Source: Candidatus Woesebacteria bacterium
Lineage (GTDB): Bacteria > Patescibacteriota > Microgenomatia > UBA8517
NCBI GenBank assembly: GCA_013426185.1
Contig: CP058602.1
Location: forward strand, 138,231-202,230
Length of the DNA stretch: 64,000 nt
Direction of reading: 5' to 3'
The position numbers and the translations under genes are program-made. Each line of letters starts with the position of its first letter. Within the stretch, counting starts at the first letter, position 1. Below are positions 28,880 through 37,937 of the stretch, piece by piece. Under the pieces are notes generated by a model that worked only from the letters and a program-made list of their open reading frames with translations, was not told the DNA's origin and searched no databases.

Positions 28880-29440
28880 ATGAAAAAAAGAGTTTTTGTG
28901 GGGATCTCGGTTTCCAAATCTCTTTCTTCTTTTATTTACGACTTTATAAAAAGAAATAAGGGTTCTTTGCCATCTGACGCAAGGATAATTAAACCAAGAA
29001 ACTTGCATCTGACGCTAGTTCCACCTTGGTATGAAGAAAATCTTGACAGTTTTCTATTGAATTTTGAGAAGAAACTAAAAAGTATGCAGATTCAACCTTT
29101 TAAAATTCAATTTACAAAAATTTTTCCTGGACCTGTCAAAACAAATCCTCGTCTAATTTGGATAGAAGGAAAGCCAAAGCCTGAACTATTAAACTTGAAG
29201 TCTTTTGTTGAAGGCATTATTGAAAAAAGAGATGTTGAGAAAAGAGAATTTATTCCCCATATAACAATTGCTCGTTTTAAAAGCAAAAATAGCTGTCAGT
29301 TTAAAGAAGAAAAGATAAAATTTGAAGAGACTATAAAGTCATTTTGTATTTTTGAATCTAGACTTTCTCCCAAGGGCGCTGATTATAAAGTGCTAAAAAA
29401 GTTTATTACATCTAGTAGTTATAAAAAGGCCAAGTGCTAA
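28880..29440 (+). CDS. thpR: RNA 2',3'-cyclic phosphodiesterase (2H family)
   Basis: HLTL and PHITIAR 2H motifs. Confidence 0.88.
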   Translation: MKKRVFVGISVSKSLSSFIYDFIKRNKGSLPSDARIIKPRNLHLTLVPPWYEENLDSFLLNFEKKLKSMQIQPFKIQFTKIFPGPVKTNPRLIWIEGKPKPELLNLKSFVEGIIEKRDVEKREFIPHITIARFKSKNSCQFKEEKIKFEETIKSFCIFESRLSPKGADYKVLKKFITSSSYKKAKC

Positions 29441-29500
29441 AACGTATGCTTTTGGAATAGTTTAGATAAAGCAAAGCAACCTAAAAGGATGTGTTTAACC

Positions 29501-30007
29501 TTACTCTTGAAAGTTAATTAGTTCTACTTTGTCGCCTACTTTTATATTGTTTTTATCAGTAAAGCTGGAATTCACTTCAAGAACGTAATCGATGGGCTGG
29601 TTTGATTTGTAAAGAGTTAGCTTGTTGTCGGGTGTTCCTGTTTTTGGGGCTTTGGCGTTTTTATCAATTTTGACTATTTTTGAGTCTCTTATCCAAATAA
29701 TGTCAAGGTCAAATTTCATATCTTTCATCCAAAAAGTAGCCGTTGATCCTTTTGGAAATACAAAAAGCATACCTTTATTCTGGTCAAGAGAATCACGGTT
29801 TGAAAGCCCTTTGGTTCTTTTTTCCGGAGTATCGGCTATCTCTAATTCAATTTCTGTATTATTGATTTTAATCTTTGGCTTTTGTTCTTGTGTTTGGTTT
29901 TTGTTTGTTGGAGTGGTTGTGGCAGATTGGTATTTTTTTGCTAGAAGACCAAGAGAAACAATTATTAATGCGGTGATAGCTATTGGAAAAAGAATATGTT
30001 TTGTCAT
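29501..30007 (-). CDS. DUF192 family protein
   Basis: EIADT...GLS.R...GMLF...FWMKDM.FDLDIIWI...YVLEV. Confidence 0.9.
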   Translation of the reverse strand: MTKHILFPIAITALIIVSLGLLAKKYQSATTTPTNKNQTQEQKPKIKINNTEIELEIADTPEKRTKGLSNRDSLDQNKGMLFVFPKGSTATFWMKDMKFDLDIIWIRDSKIVKIDKNAKAPKTGTPDNKLTLYKSNQPIDYVLEVNSSFTDKNNIKVGDKVELINFQE

Positions 30008-30135
30008 AGGCCCGACTTTATTAGGAAATAGGCTAATAGTAATGTTATAAAAAATACTATTATGGGGATTAGAGCAAGATATATATCTTCTCTAATTTTT
30101 TCATTTTTTATGATCTGAATAACTTGTTTTTGCAT
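30004..30135 (-). CDS. 43-aa single-TM small protein
   Basis: MQKQVIQ...LALIPIIVFFITLLLAYFLIKSGL; ATGA overlap with the DUF192 gene. Confidence 0.5.
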   Translation of the reverse strand: MQKQVIQIIKNEKIREDIYLALIPIIVFFITLLLAYFLIKSGL

Positions 30136-30141
30136 TTTTAG

Positions 30142-30223
30142 TGCCCCGAAGAGGATTTGAACCTCTACGCCTTGCGGCACACGCTCCTAAAGCGTGCCTG
30201 TCTACCAATTCCAGCATCGGGGC
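30142..30223 (-). tRNA. tRNA-Leu(TAG)
   Basis: CACGC-TTTAGGA-GCGTG; long variable arm. Confidence 0.95.
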
Positions 30224-30256
30224 ATAATTTTATTTTACCACTTTATAAAGGATATT

Positions 30257-30766
30257 TTAATCGATGTCAAAAGCCAGTCCCGAAGGATCTATCTGGTTAA
30301 CAAAATAGATTACTTTACTAGCCCAAGTTGGGCTTGGAGGAGCATATCTTTTAGCAATACTGGTTATTTTCCTTGCACCTCTTTTAACATATTTATTGTT
30401 TAAAGTATCAGACACTATCTCAATAGAATTATCCCAAGAATTAAAACTATAGTTGCCATTAGCCCAACCATAAGCGTTGTAAGAATTATAAGGAATTCTT
30501 TTACCAAAGCTTGATTCAACGCCGGTTATTGCCGGAATCAGTCTCCAGTCTAGGTTATTTTTATCCGATTCTTGGATTATTTTTTCTGTGTAATTGGTAA
30601 GAGGAGACTGCTTTTTATCTAAGAAAGATTTTAAGATTAATTTTCTGGTATCTGTTTTGGTGTCTTCCCCTTTTTTCATCTGAGCGGAATTTTCGGCCAC
30701 GTAAGCCTGAACCGGTCTTGGAGCGGTTATAAATAAGAAAAGGACTAAATAAATAATTTTTCTCAT
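30257..30766 (-). CDS. Secreted lysozyme-fold/glucosaminidase-like protein
   Basis: Signal peptide; DWRLIPAITGVESSFG...NAYGW...YAP. Confidence 0.7.
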   Translation of the reverse strand: MRKIIYLVLFLFITAPRPVQAYVAENSAQMKKGEDTKTDTRKLILKSFLDKKQSPLTNYTEKIIQESDKNNLDWRLIPAITGVESSFGKRIPYNSYNAYGWANGNYSFNSWDNSIEIVSDTLNNKYVKRGARKITSIAKRYAPPSPTWASKVIYFVNQIDPSGLAFDID

Positions 30767-30780
30767 ATTTTCTTTCCAAC

Positions 30781-30890
30781 TAAAAAAGGACTCTTGTATA
30801 AAGAGTCCTTTTTAGGGAGCTCCCGTTAAGGAAGCTCCGGGGAAATTCCGACGCCAAGATCCTGGTAAACCAGGTTAGCCTCAGAATCTA
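30781..30890 (-). ncRNA. Structured leader RNA or sRNA with three hairpins, the last a terminator
   Basis: Stems visible by eye; lies between a consensus promoter and the ATG at 30766. Confidence 0.6.
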
Positions 30891-30896
30891 GTTTGT

Positions 30897-30925
30897 ACTA
30901 TAGCATATTACTACAGGATTGTCAA
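30897..30925 (-). promoter_or_regulatory. Sigma70-type promoter
   Basis: TTGACA-17 nt-TATAGT with extended TGn. Confidence 0.75.
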
Positions 30926-31007
30926 GTTTTTTGTCAATAGTCCTTTAGTTAATTAAGAGCCGGCATTTTGGGGATAGACCTTTAAGTAATCTATGGTCTT
31001 TAGACTT

Positions 31008-31775
31008 CTAGATTTTCTGTTCAATTTTTCTTGCAAGAATAAAGATGGAAGGACCAAAGTTTATTTTTTCAAGAATATTCTGAAACTTCTTTTCAAGCGA
31101 AAGTAAAAGATCTGGTGGAAGGAGATGTTTCAAGAAACTGTTCCTAAAATTTGATACCGAGCGTCTTTCTATAATCTCAAAACCATTATCTTTTAACATT
31201 TTATTGATATCGTCAGGATGATAGTTTATGAAAGGAATAGTCTTCTTCTTGATATTTTTGGGACATCTTACATCTCTTGGAAAGATATCAAGAGGAAAAG
31301 TAAAATTTCCTTTCAAAATTTCAGACATAGTAGCTTTGAAATGTCTTTTATTAGCATGTTCTATTATCAAGTAGCCTCTTTTTTTTAGAATTTTGGCTAT
31401 AATTTTGATTGCTTTATCAGGATCTTCTATGTGGTGAATAACTCGAACCATGATTGCTGCGTCGAAAGAAGCTCCTCTAAAATGTCTTCCCAAATTTTCG
31501 ATTTTAGATTGAACGAATTCAATATTTTTACTTTTGCCAAAATTTTTCCTCGCGATTTTTAAAAGTCTTGCTGAGGGATCACAGAGGACTATTTTCTTAA
31601 CTCGATATGAGTACTCAGGTGTTAATCTCCCGTAACCGGCACCAATATCAATTAATGATTTAATCTTTGGAATTTTGGCAAACATTTCCCTTAAGGCAAT
31701 TATTTCTGCATTGTGTTCATATTCTCTATCCTGCCAGTAGGAAGGATAGTCGTAATAATCGTAGTGCGCTGGCAT
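31008..31775 (-). CDS. Class I SAM-dependent methyltransferase
   Basis: LIDIGAGYGR, VIHHIEDP. Confidence 0.88.
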   Translation of the reverse strand: MPAHYDYYDYPSYWQDREYEHNAEIIALREMFAKIPKIKSLIDIGAGYGRLTPEYSYRVKKIVLCDPSARLLKIARKNFGKSKNIEFVQSKIENLGRHFRGASFDAAIMVRVIHHIEDPDKAIKIIAKILKKRGYLIIEHANKRHFKATMSEILKGNFTFPLDIFPRDVRCPKNIKKKTIPFINYHPDDINKMLKDNGFEIIERRSVSNFRNSFLKHLLPPDLLLSLEKKFQNILEKINFGPSIFILARKIEQKI

Positions 31776-31788
31776 AGTTCAGAAGCAG

Positions 31789-32442
31789 TTAGTAAAGAGG
31801 CAAGGTCATGTCCTCCATAAATTTGTTAACCCCAAAAGCCCAACTGCCATTAGAGCGTGGGGTGTATTTTTTCATAATCTCTTCTATAGTATTATAGCCC
31901 TTCTCTATGTAATTTTTTCTTAATCCTATTGCAATAACGCGAATCGCCTGCTCATATGAATCAAATTTAAGAGTTCCTTCGGTATGTATCCCCCACCCCC
32001 AACAGTTGTAGCTATTTTCAGGTATAACTTTGCAAAGATTGGATTCTTGTTGGGCAATAGCCACCAAGAGCCTCCAATCTAGGTTGTTTTTGTCTGATTC
32101 GGCGACAATAAGTTGAGCATAAGGTTCGAGTGGGGATTTATAGAATCTGAGGTAATTTTTAATTATTTCTACTCTTGCATCAGCAGTAGAGATATCACTT
32201 GTTATTTCAGGTTCCGAGGTTGTGCTAGCTGCCAGAACTTCGGGCTTAAAAAGATGATTTTGAGGCAAGACAGCCTGTATTTTGTTAGCTTTTTCTTTTC
32301 CAGTATTTTCGAAGGAATAGAGTGCAAAAACAGAGGTAATAATAACAAGAGGAGTTGCAAGTAGGAAGAAAAATATAAGAACTATTTGTTTCCACAACCC
32401 CAGATTATTTTCTAGTTTTTCAAGAGATATCATAAAAATCAA
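31789..32442 (-). CDS. Membrane-anchored lysozyme-fold protein, paralog of 30257-30766
   Basis: DWRLLVAIAQQESN...NCWGWG...KYTP. Confidence 0.7.
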   Translation of the reverse strand: MIFMISLEKLENNLGLWKQIVLIFFFLLATPLVIITSVFALYSFENTGKEKANKIQAVLPQNHLFKPEVLAASTTSEPEITSDISTADARVEIIKNYLRFYKSPLEPYAQLIVAESDKNNLDWRLLVAIAQQESNLCKVIPENSYNCWGWGIHTEGTLKFDSYEQAIRVIAIGLRKNYIEKGYNTIEEIMKKYTPRSNGSWAFGVNKFMEDMTLPLY

Positions 32443-32504
32443 AAATTTGCCGCCTCTTTCTAAAGGATGCCATATAAGAGCTTTAATGTCAACCCCGCCA
32501 AACT

Positions 32505-32620
32505 TCAGCTATTGGATGTCAGCTATCAGCCGTCAGCTGTCGGAGTTGTTTGCTATCTTAATTCATAAATCTTAAATCCTAAATCAAAATTCTATAATCT
32601 AATTTTTGACTTTTGAGTCT
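32505..32620. repeat. 7-bp-period repeat mosaic, locus D
   Basis: TCAGCYR block; CAAAATTCTATAATCTA and TAATCTAATTTTTGACTTTTGAGT shared with F. Confidence 0.75.
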
Positions 32621-32633
32621 TGTGTTAATCTTG

Positions 32634-32706
32634 TGAGCCTGGGAGGACTCGAACCTCCAACCGTTACCTTAAGAGGGTACTGCTCTGCCAATTGAGCTAC
32701 AGGCCC
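32634..32706 (-). tRNA. tRNA-Lys(CTT)
   Basis: TACC-CTCTTAA-GGTA; cloverleaf. Confidence 0.92.
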
Positions 32707-32712
32707 TAGATG

Positions 32713-32784
32713 TGTCCCCGGAGAGAATCGAACTCTCATCCCACCCTTAGAAGGGGCGTGCTCTATCCGTTGAGCTACGGGGAC
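32713..32784 (-). tRNA. tRNA-Arg(TCT)
   Basis: CGCCC-CTTCTAA-GGGTG. Confidence 0.93.
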
Positions 32785-32880
32785 AAACTTTGTGTAATTA
32801 TAACAATTTTGGGAATCTATTGCATCTATCTTAAGATCTTGACTTTTTGAATAAATAATTCATTATAAGATTGATTTTGA

Positions 32881-33018
32881 TAGGTAAAAGGTAAAAGGCA
32901 AGAGAATTTAAGTTCGAATTGACTGAAGTTGTTCAAAATTTTTCGAAGTTAATTTAAGTTATTAGCCAAATCAGGTTGCGGATCCAGTAAATCGTATATT
33001 GACTATATGTATTATGCA
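32881..33018. repeat. Degenerate repeat mosaic, locus E
   Basis: Starts TAGGTAAAAGGTAAAAGGCAAGAG like A and F; ends ATGTATTATGCAG. Confidence 0.55.
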
Positions 33019-33045
33019 GAAAGGCATTAGAAAATAGTAGGCAGA

Positions 33046-34086
33046 GTGAAAGATAAAACTAAAAACAGCAACGGATACGAGCTGCCAAAAACGGTAGCTA
33101 TCCTTTACAGTGAAGTTAAAAGAAAATATTTTCCGACAAAACAGCAATATCTAACGGAAAAAGATGCTAGAAAAGACGCTCTTTTGGTAGCTAAATATTT
33201 GAAGAAACTGGGAGTTAAAGTTTTTCTTTATCCTGGTAGTGCTTCTGTTTTTGAGAAATTAAGAGTTAAGAGACCTGAAGTTGTTATAAATTTGGTTGAT
33301 TCGGTTAAAGGGGTGGAAAGTCTGTCAGCTTCAGTTCCTGGGGCTTTGGAACTTTTAGATCTGGCTTATACAGGAGCTACCATTTTAGGCAAATCTCTTG
33401 ATACCAATAAATTTTTGGTTAAGAAACTTCTCCAGCAAGCTGGGGTTCCTGTTCCCCATTATCAATTGGTTGACTCAGTTAGTTACAACCTTGACCCCAC
33501 TTTGCGCTTTCCTTTGATTTCCAAATTGAATGAGATACATGGAGGAGTTGAAATTAATCAGGATAGTGTTTCTGAGGATCCAAAGCATCTAAGCCAGCGT
33601 ATAAAATATCTTATCAAGACTTATAAGCAGCCAGTTTTGATTGAGGAGTTTATTGTTGGTCGCGAGATTACGGCTATTTTGCTTGAAGGCTTGAATAAAA
33701 AAGTCTATTTAGCTGAAAAAATCTTCAAGAAGAAGAATCAGAAGTATATTTTTTCTACTTTTGAGGACCAATGGCTGAAACATGGCGAGGAAAGTTTTAG
33801 TTATACAAAATATCATGACCCTCTTTTGAGAGAATATGTTAAAAAAGCTTTTGATGTTGTCCAGATGTACGATTACGGCAAGTTTGATATCAGAATGGAT
33901 CAATCAGGAAGATATTTCTTTATTGATGCCAATTGTAATCCCGCTTTCGGTCCCAAAGAAGCGGAAGTGGCTCTTGCCTCAATACTTGATATCTATGGCG
34001 TTTCTTTTCTTGAGATCTTAAAAAGACTTCTTCTTAATACAGTCCGTGATTTTCAGGGTAAGGAAAGACTCCCCGTTCCTTTCTAA
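33046..34086 (+). CDS. D-Ala-D-Ala ligase-like ATP-grasp protein
   Basis: LAYTGA, LIEEFIVGREIT, YGKFDIR, IDANCNP. Confidence 0.8.
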   Translation: MKDKTKNSNGYELPKTVAILYSEVKRKYFPTKQQYLTEKDARKDALLVAKYLKKLGVKVFLYPGSASVFEKLRVKRPEVVINLVDSVKGVESLSASVPGALELLDLAYTGATILGKSLDTNKFLVKKLLQQAGVPVPHYQLVDSVSYNLDPTLRFPLISKLNEIHGGVEINQDSVSEDPKHLSQRIKYLIKTYKQPVLIEEFIVGREITAILLEGLNKKVYLAEKIFKKKNQKYIFSTFEDQWLKHGEESFSYTKYHDPLLREYVKKAFDVVQMYDYGKFDIRMDQSGRYFFIDANCNPAFGPKEAEVALASILDIYGVSFLEILKRLLLNTVRDFQGKERLPVPF

Positions 34087-34176
34087 TACTAGACTTTTTT
34101 GCTAAAATATAGGTGCTATTTGCTAGAGGTGTTCAGATTAATGCTTTTTGTTCTTTGTAAAGTGCAGGTCAAGTAA

Positions 34177-34261
34177 GCAGGTGTGGCGGAATTGGCAGAC
34201 GCGTACGGTTCAGGGCCGTATGAACTTTTAGTTCATAGAGGTTCAAGTCCTCTCACCTGCA
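34177..34261 (+). tRNA. tRNA-Leu(CAG)
   Basis: TACGG-TTCAGGG-CCGTA. Confidence 0.95.
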
Positions 34262-34282
34262 CATTAATATACTTTGTTTTAT

Positions 34283-34364
34283 GCGCGGGTGGTGAAATTG
34301 GTATACACGCAGTCTTGAGGAGGCTGTGCCTTCGGGCGTGCAGGTTCAAGTCCTGTCCCGCGCA
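34283..34364 (+). tRNA. tRNA-Leu(GAG)
   Basis: CAGTC-TTGAGGA-GGCTG. Confidence 0.95.
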
Positions 34365-34371
34365 CTTTTTT

Positions 34372-34445
34372 GGGCTTGTAGCTCAGTTGGTTAGAGCGTA
34401 CGGCTTACATCCGTAAGGTCTCAGGTTCGAGTCCTGACAAGCCCA
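34372..34445 (+). tRNA. tRNA-Val(TAC)
   Basis: TACGG-CTTACAT-CCGTA. Confidence 0.95.
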
Positions 34446-34480
34446 CAAGTCTAAAGATTAAGATTAATTGCTAGCTATTT

Positions 34481-34636
34481 ATGGCACTTGAAGAAAAGTA
34501 TCAAAAAGCGTCTATTGATTATTGGTTGGCTTTGATTTCAAGAAAATTTTACAATACTCTTTCAGCTTATCTGGAGTTTTTTATGATTAAGATAATAATA
34601 GGTATATTTGTTGCTTTCTTTGTGTTTTTATCTTAA
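34481..34636 (+). CDS. Possible 51-aa protein with hydrophobic C-terminus
   Basis: Manual translation MALEEKYQKA...IIIGIFVAFFVFLS. Confidence 0.3.
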   Translation: MALEEKYQKASIDYWLALISRKFYNTLSAYLEFFMIKIIIGIFVAFFVFLS

Positions 34637-34706
34637 AAAGATTTATTGGCAGTTGATTTTTTGTTATAATATAACTTGCTAAGTATTTTAAGGCATAAAT
34701 CTGAGA

Positions 34707-34779
34707 GCCGAGATAGCCAAGGTGGTCACGGCGGGCGCCTGAAGAGCGTCAGATGTGTGTTCGACTCACACTCTCGGCA
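34707..34779 (+). tRNA. tRNA-Phe(GAA)
   Basis: GGCGC-CTGAAGA-GCGTC. Confidence 0.93.
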
Positions 34780-34798
34780 CAGATAAATTTAGTTGAGT

Positions 34799-34870
34799 GC
34801 GGGAGTAGTACAGTGGTAGTACGCTTCCTTGCCAAGGAAGAGGTCGCGGGTTCAAGTCCCGTCTCCCGCT
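34799..34870 (+). tRNA. tRNA-Gly(GCC)
   Basis: CTTCC-TTGCCAA-GGAAG; U discriminator. Confidence 0.95.
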
Positions 34871-34943
34871 CACAAGTCAAATTCGGTTCGTGAGATTGAC
34901 GAAGTCGAGTCAGACTTACCCTTGTGGGTAAATTAGATCTTTC

Positions 34944-35456
34944 TTATTTAACAAAATATCTTTGTTGATTTTTGGGCCCCTTTCTTATCATTGGCCTTTG
35001 ATTACCTTTTTCAAACTCTTGGTAAAATCTTTTCATTGGTCCTTTTTTCGACCAAATTTCATTGATTCCACTTTTGTCGATTACCCAAGCTGAAAATATA
35101 ATTGAGAGAATAAAAATTAAAATTATTACAAGAAAGTTCTTTCGATAGGAGAAATCATATCTTTTAAGAAGTAATACTCCAAGACAAACCATCAATATAG
35201 CAAGAAAAGGAAGCCACCAGGGGAAAATTTGTATTGCCATCTCTATTCTTCCAAATCCAGGTCCATTTTTTCTAATTAGGAAGAAAATAAAATTTGTCAA
35301 AAACATTGCGCTTATACTTGATCCTATTAGCCCAATAGTGGCAAAAAGAGAACCTGCAACAAAGTACCATTTTGGCCTCATTTTTATTTGCCCCTTTTTT
35401 ATCATGGTAACAACTTTTTTTTCAAGATTTTTTTTGTTTTTTATTTTTTTTGACAT
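34944..35456 (-). CDS. Three-TM membrane protein, putative anti-sigma factor
   Basis: Overlaps the 3' end of the ECF sigma gene; KMRPKWYF motif. Confidence 0.6.
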   Translation of the reverse strand: MSKKIKNKKNLEKKVVTMIKKGQIKMRPKWYFVAGSLFATIGLIGSSISAMFLTNFIFFLIRKNGPGFGRIEMAIQIFPWWLPFLAILMVCLGVLLLKRYDFSYRKNFLVIILIFILSIIFSAWVIDKSGINEIWSKKGPMKRFYQEFEKGNQRPMIRKGPKNQQRYFVK

Positions 35457-35983
35457 ATTTTTTTCATTAAGATTTTAGCACGTCTTATTCTGGTGCCGAT
35501 TGTTGCGACAGGAACCCTTAAAATATCACTTATCTCCTCATAGGATTTTTCTTCAAGATAGTAAAGGGTTATAACTTCTCTATAGTCAACAGGCATCTGT
35601 TTTAGGCAACGGTGAGTTTTTAGTCTCAATTCCTTTTTAATTAGTCCTTCCTCTATATCTATGCCACTGTCAAAATCTAAATTATTTTCAAGCGATATTT
35701 GTTTCTTGTCTTTTTTGATCATATTTATAGTTTCGTTGTGAGCTATGCGATAAATCCAGCTTGAAAATTTTTTGCTTCTATTAAAACCCCTAAGATTAAT
35801 ATAAGCTTTGATAAAGGTTTCCTGTAAAATATCTTCGGTTTTATTATCATCCTGAATCAGGTTAAAAATGTATCTTCTTAATTTATCCTGATAACGTCTA
35901 ATTATTTCAGTGTATATTTCTTTGTTTTTTTCACAGACAAGTCTAACAACTTCTTCATCTTTTAGATTTTTATAAATTTCCAT
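35441..35983 (-). CDS. ECF-type RNA polymerase sigma factor
   Basis: EDILQETFIKAY, FSSWIYRIAHN, SYEEISDIL. Confidence 0.92.
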   Translation of the reverse strand: MEIYKNLKDEEVVRLVCEKNKEIYTEIIRRYQDKLRRYIFNLIQDDNKTEDILQETFIKAYINLRGFNRSKKFSSWIYRIAHNETINMIKKDKKQISLENNLDFDSGIDIEEGLIKKELRLKTHRCLKQMPVDYREVITLYYLEEKSYEEISDILRVPVATIGTRIRRAKILMKKICQKK

Positions 35984-36018
35984 ATCATAATTCTAACAAT
36001 GTATTTGCAAATACCCAA

Positions 36019-36040
36019 TCCCCGACTGGTTAGTCGGGGA
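36019..36040. terminator. Hairpin, probable terminator of the 36062-36442 gene
   Basis: TCCCCGACT-GGTT-AGTCGGGGA. Confidence 0.55.
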
Positions 36041-36061
36041 ATTGGTCTATGGGTTTTGAAA

Positions 36062-36442
36062 TTATTTGTTCCAACCTCTAGCAAAACCCATTTTTATTCC
36101 CGAGCCGTTTTGAAGGCCAAGTCCTAATTCTTGACGAATTTTATTGGCTTCTTCAGTTTTGCCTTCAAGCATAAGCTTGTGCATTTCAGCAAATCGGCTA
36201 AAGTTTTGCTCATTTATTACCTGAGTAGCTCTTCCCCTTCCTTGCATAAGGTTTTTCCAAGCATTGTAATCTTTGTTTTCAAAAGCCTTGGTCATAGCCT
36301 CATGCCTTTCAGGAGAGTAATTAGGACCTTTTACGTTGGGGTCTCCCCTGTAAGCTAAGGTTTTTTGAGCAGTTGTAAAAAATAAGCCTGCTCCCAAAAC
36401 TAAAGCTAGAATTGCTAATATTTTTTTATTCATTTTTCTCAC
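36062..36442 (-). CDS. Small secreted helical protein
   Basis: Signal peptide; EANKIRQELG. Confidence 0.75.
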   Translation of the reverse strand: MRKMNKKILAILALVLGAGLFFTTAQKTLAYRGDPNVKGPNYSPERHEAMTKAFENKDYNAWKNLMQGRGRATQVINEQNFSRFAEMHKLMLEGKTEEANKIRQELGLGLQNGSGIKMGFARGWNK

Positions 36443-36506
36443 CCCCTTTCTACTTCTAATACAAATAAGTCTTCATTTTTATTTCAACCAAATTAATTGC
36501 CGTTTT

Positions 36507-37937
36507 TTGCTAGAATTACTTGTATATTCTTATATCAACTTTATATTTGGAAAAATGTTTAATCTCTTGAACAAAGCGAAAATTTTGTTTATTGTTGTTT
36601 TTCTTTTTCTTTTGACTTCCAGTAATTCTTATGCTGTTAATAACAAATTTGGAATTCATATCTTGGAGCCTTCTGATATTGATAAGGCAGCTTCTTTAGT
36701 TAACTCCTCAGGTGGTGATTGGGGTTATGTGACAGTGGTCATAAGGGATGATGATCTTGATTTCGCCAAGTGGCAGAATTTTATGGATCAATGTCGGGAA
36801 AAACACCTTGTCCCTTTAGTTCGAATTGCTACTCATCAGGAAAAGGAAAACTGGGCAAAACCAGTTCCTGCTGATAGTTTAAAGTGGGCCGAATTTTTAA
36901 ATAACCTTAACTGGCCGGTAAAAGACAGGTATGTAATTATCTTTAATGAGCCAAATCAAGCTAGAGAATGGGGTGGTGAGATTAAACCTGATGAATACGC
37001 GCAGGTTTTAAGTGCATTTGCTGATGAATTCAAAAAGAAAAACCCCGATTTTAAAATATTAAATGCTGGTTTTGATCTTTCAGCCAGTAACACCAGGTCA
37101 ACAATGGATGTTTTTCGCTTTTGGCAGAAAATGGAAAAAGAAGTGCCTGGAATCTTTAATAAATTAGATGCTTGGGCTTCTCATTCATACCCTCTTCAAG
37201 AGAAAAAATTTACAAGTTCTGGGAGATTCTCTATCCGCGGCTACGAATGGGAGCTTGCTATTCTTAAGAAAAATTTTGGATTAAAACACGATTTGCCTGT
37301 TTTTATAACAGAAACAGGTTTTAAAGGTTCTCAATTTTCTGAGCAAATAAAATTGGCCTTTGAGAATTTTTGGTTAAAAGATGGTCGTGTAATTGCTGTT
37401 ACCCCATTTGTTCTAAATTATCCCTATCCTCCTTTTTCTGAGTTCTCGTGGCTTGATAAAGATGGCAATCCTTACTCTCAATATGAATTAATTAGAAATG
37501 TTCCCAAAATAAGTTGGTGGCCAAAGCAGGAGGAAAAATATATTTTAGAAGAACCCATACTCCCTCCTTTTATGTTAACAGAAAGTAGTTTTAAAGGGAA
37601 AATTCCAGTTAAAAATGTTGGCCAGTCTATTTTGGGAGAAAGAGAGAAATTTGTTTTGAACCCAAGAGGAATAGATAACGGGATTGAGGTCACACAAGCA
37701 ATTCTTTCTGGTTTACTGAAACCTGAAGAAGAAGGTTTTCTAGATTTTGAAATTAAGACCTCTACTTATTCTGGAGAATTTTCCCTTGGTTGGGATAAAA
37801 CTAGTAATTTTAAAGTTAAAGTTTTTGCTTCGTCTTTAGTTAAAAAGGTTGAACTTTCAATCTGGGAGAAGATTATTTTGAAGTTAAAGTATTATCTTCG
37901 CGGTTCTTTTAACTTTGCAAAAAGGGTTTTTAAATAA
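36507..37937 (+). CDS. Secreted clan GH-A glycoside hydrolase-like protein (start probably 36555)
   Basis: FNEPN acid/base, SHSY, VFITETG nucleophile. Confidence 0.75.
   Translation: MLELLVYSYINFIFGKMFNLLNKAKILFIVVFLFLLTSSNSYAVNNKFGIHILEPSDIDKAASLVNSSGGDWGYVTVVIRDDDLDFAKWQNFMDQCREKHLVPLVRIATHQEKENWAKPVPADSLKWAEFLNNLNWPVKDRYVIIFNEPNQAREWGGEIKPDEYAQVLSAFADEFKKKNPDFKILNAGFDLSASNTRSTMDVFRFWQKMEKEVPGIFNKLDAWASHSYPLQEKKFTSSGRFSIRGYEWELAILKKNFGLKHDLPVFITETGFKGSQFSEQIKLAFENFWLKDGRVIAVTPFVLNYPYPPFSEFSWLDKDGNPYSQYELIRNVPKISWWPKQEEKYILEEPILPPFMLTESSFKGKIPVKNVGQSILGEREKFVLNPRGIDNGIEVTQAILSGLLKPEEEGFLDFEIKTSTYSGEFSLGWDKTSNFKVKVFASSLVKKVELSIWEKIILKLKYYLRGSFNFAKRVFK

Noticed and set aside
28880-29440. ThpR as an RNA-repair partner of the tRNA/GIY-YIG system
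   Set aside because: About 5 kb away, widespread gene, no linkage evidence; GIY-YIG enzymes are DNases
30781-30890. c-di-AMP (ydaO) or c-di-GMP riboswitch assignment
   Set aside because: Only a GCTAACC fragment resembles ydaO and the other conserved cores are not seen; left unassigned
34183-34416. ORFs over tRNA genes (also 30194-30403, 39053-39310, 42077-42277)
   Set aside because: Shadows of tRNA genes or of real genes on the other strand
34871-34925. Shared AAGTCAAAT trailer after both tRNA-Gly genes
   Set aside because: A 9-bp AT-rich match is too short to distinguish from chance
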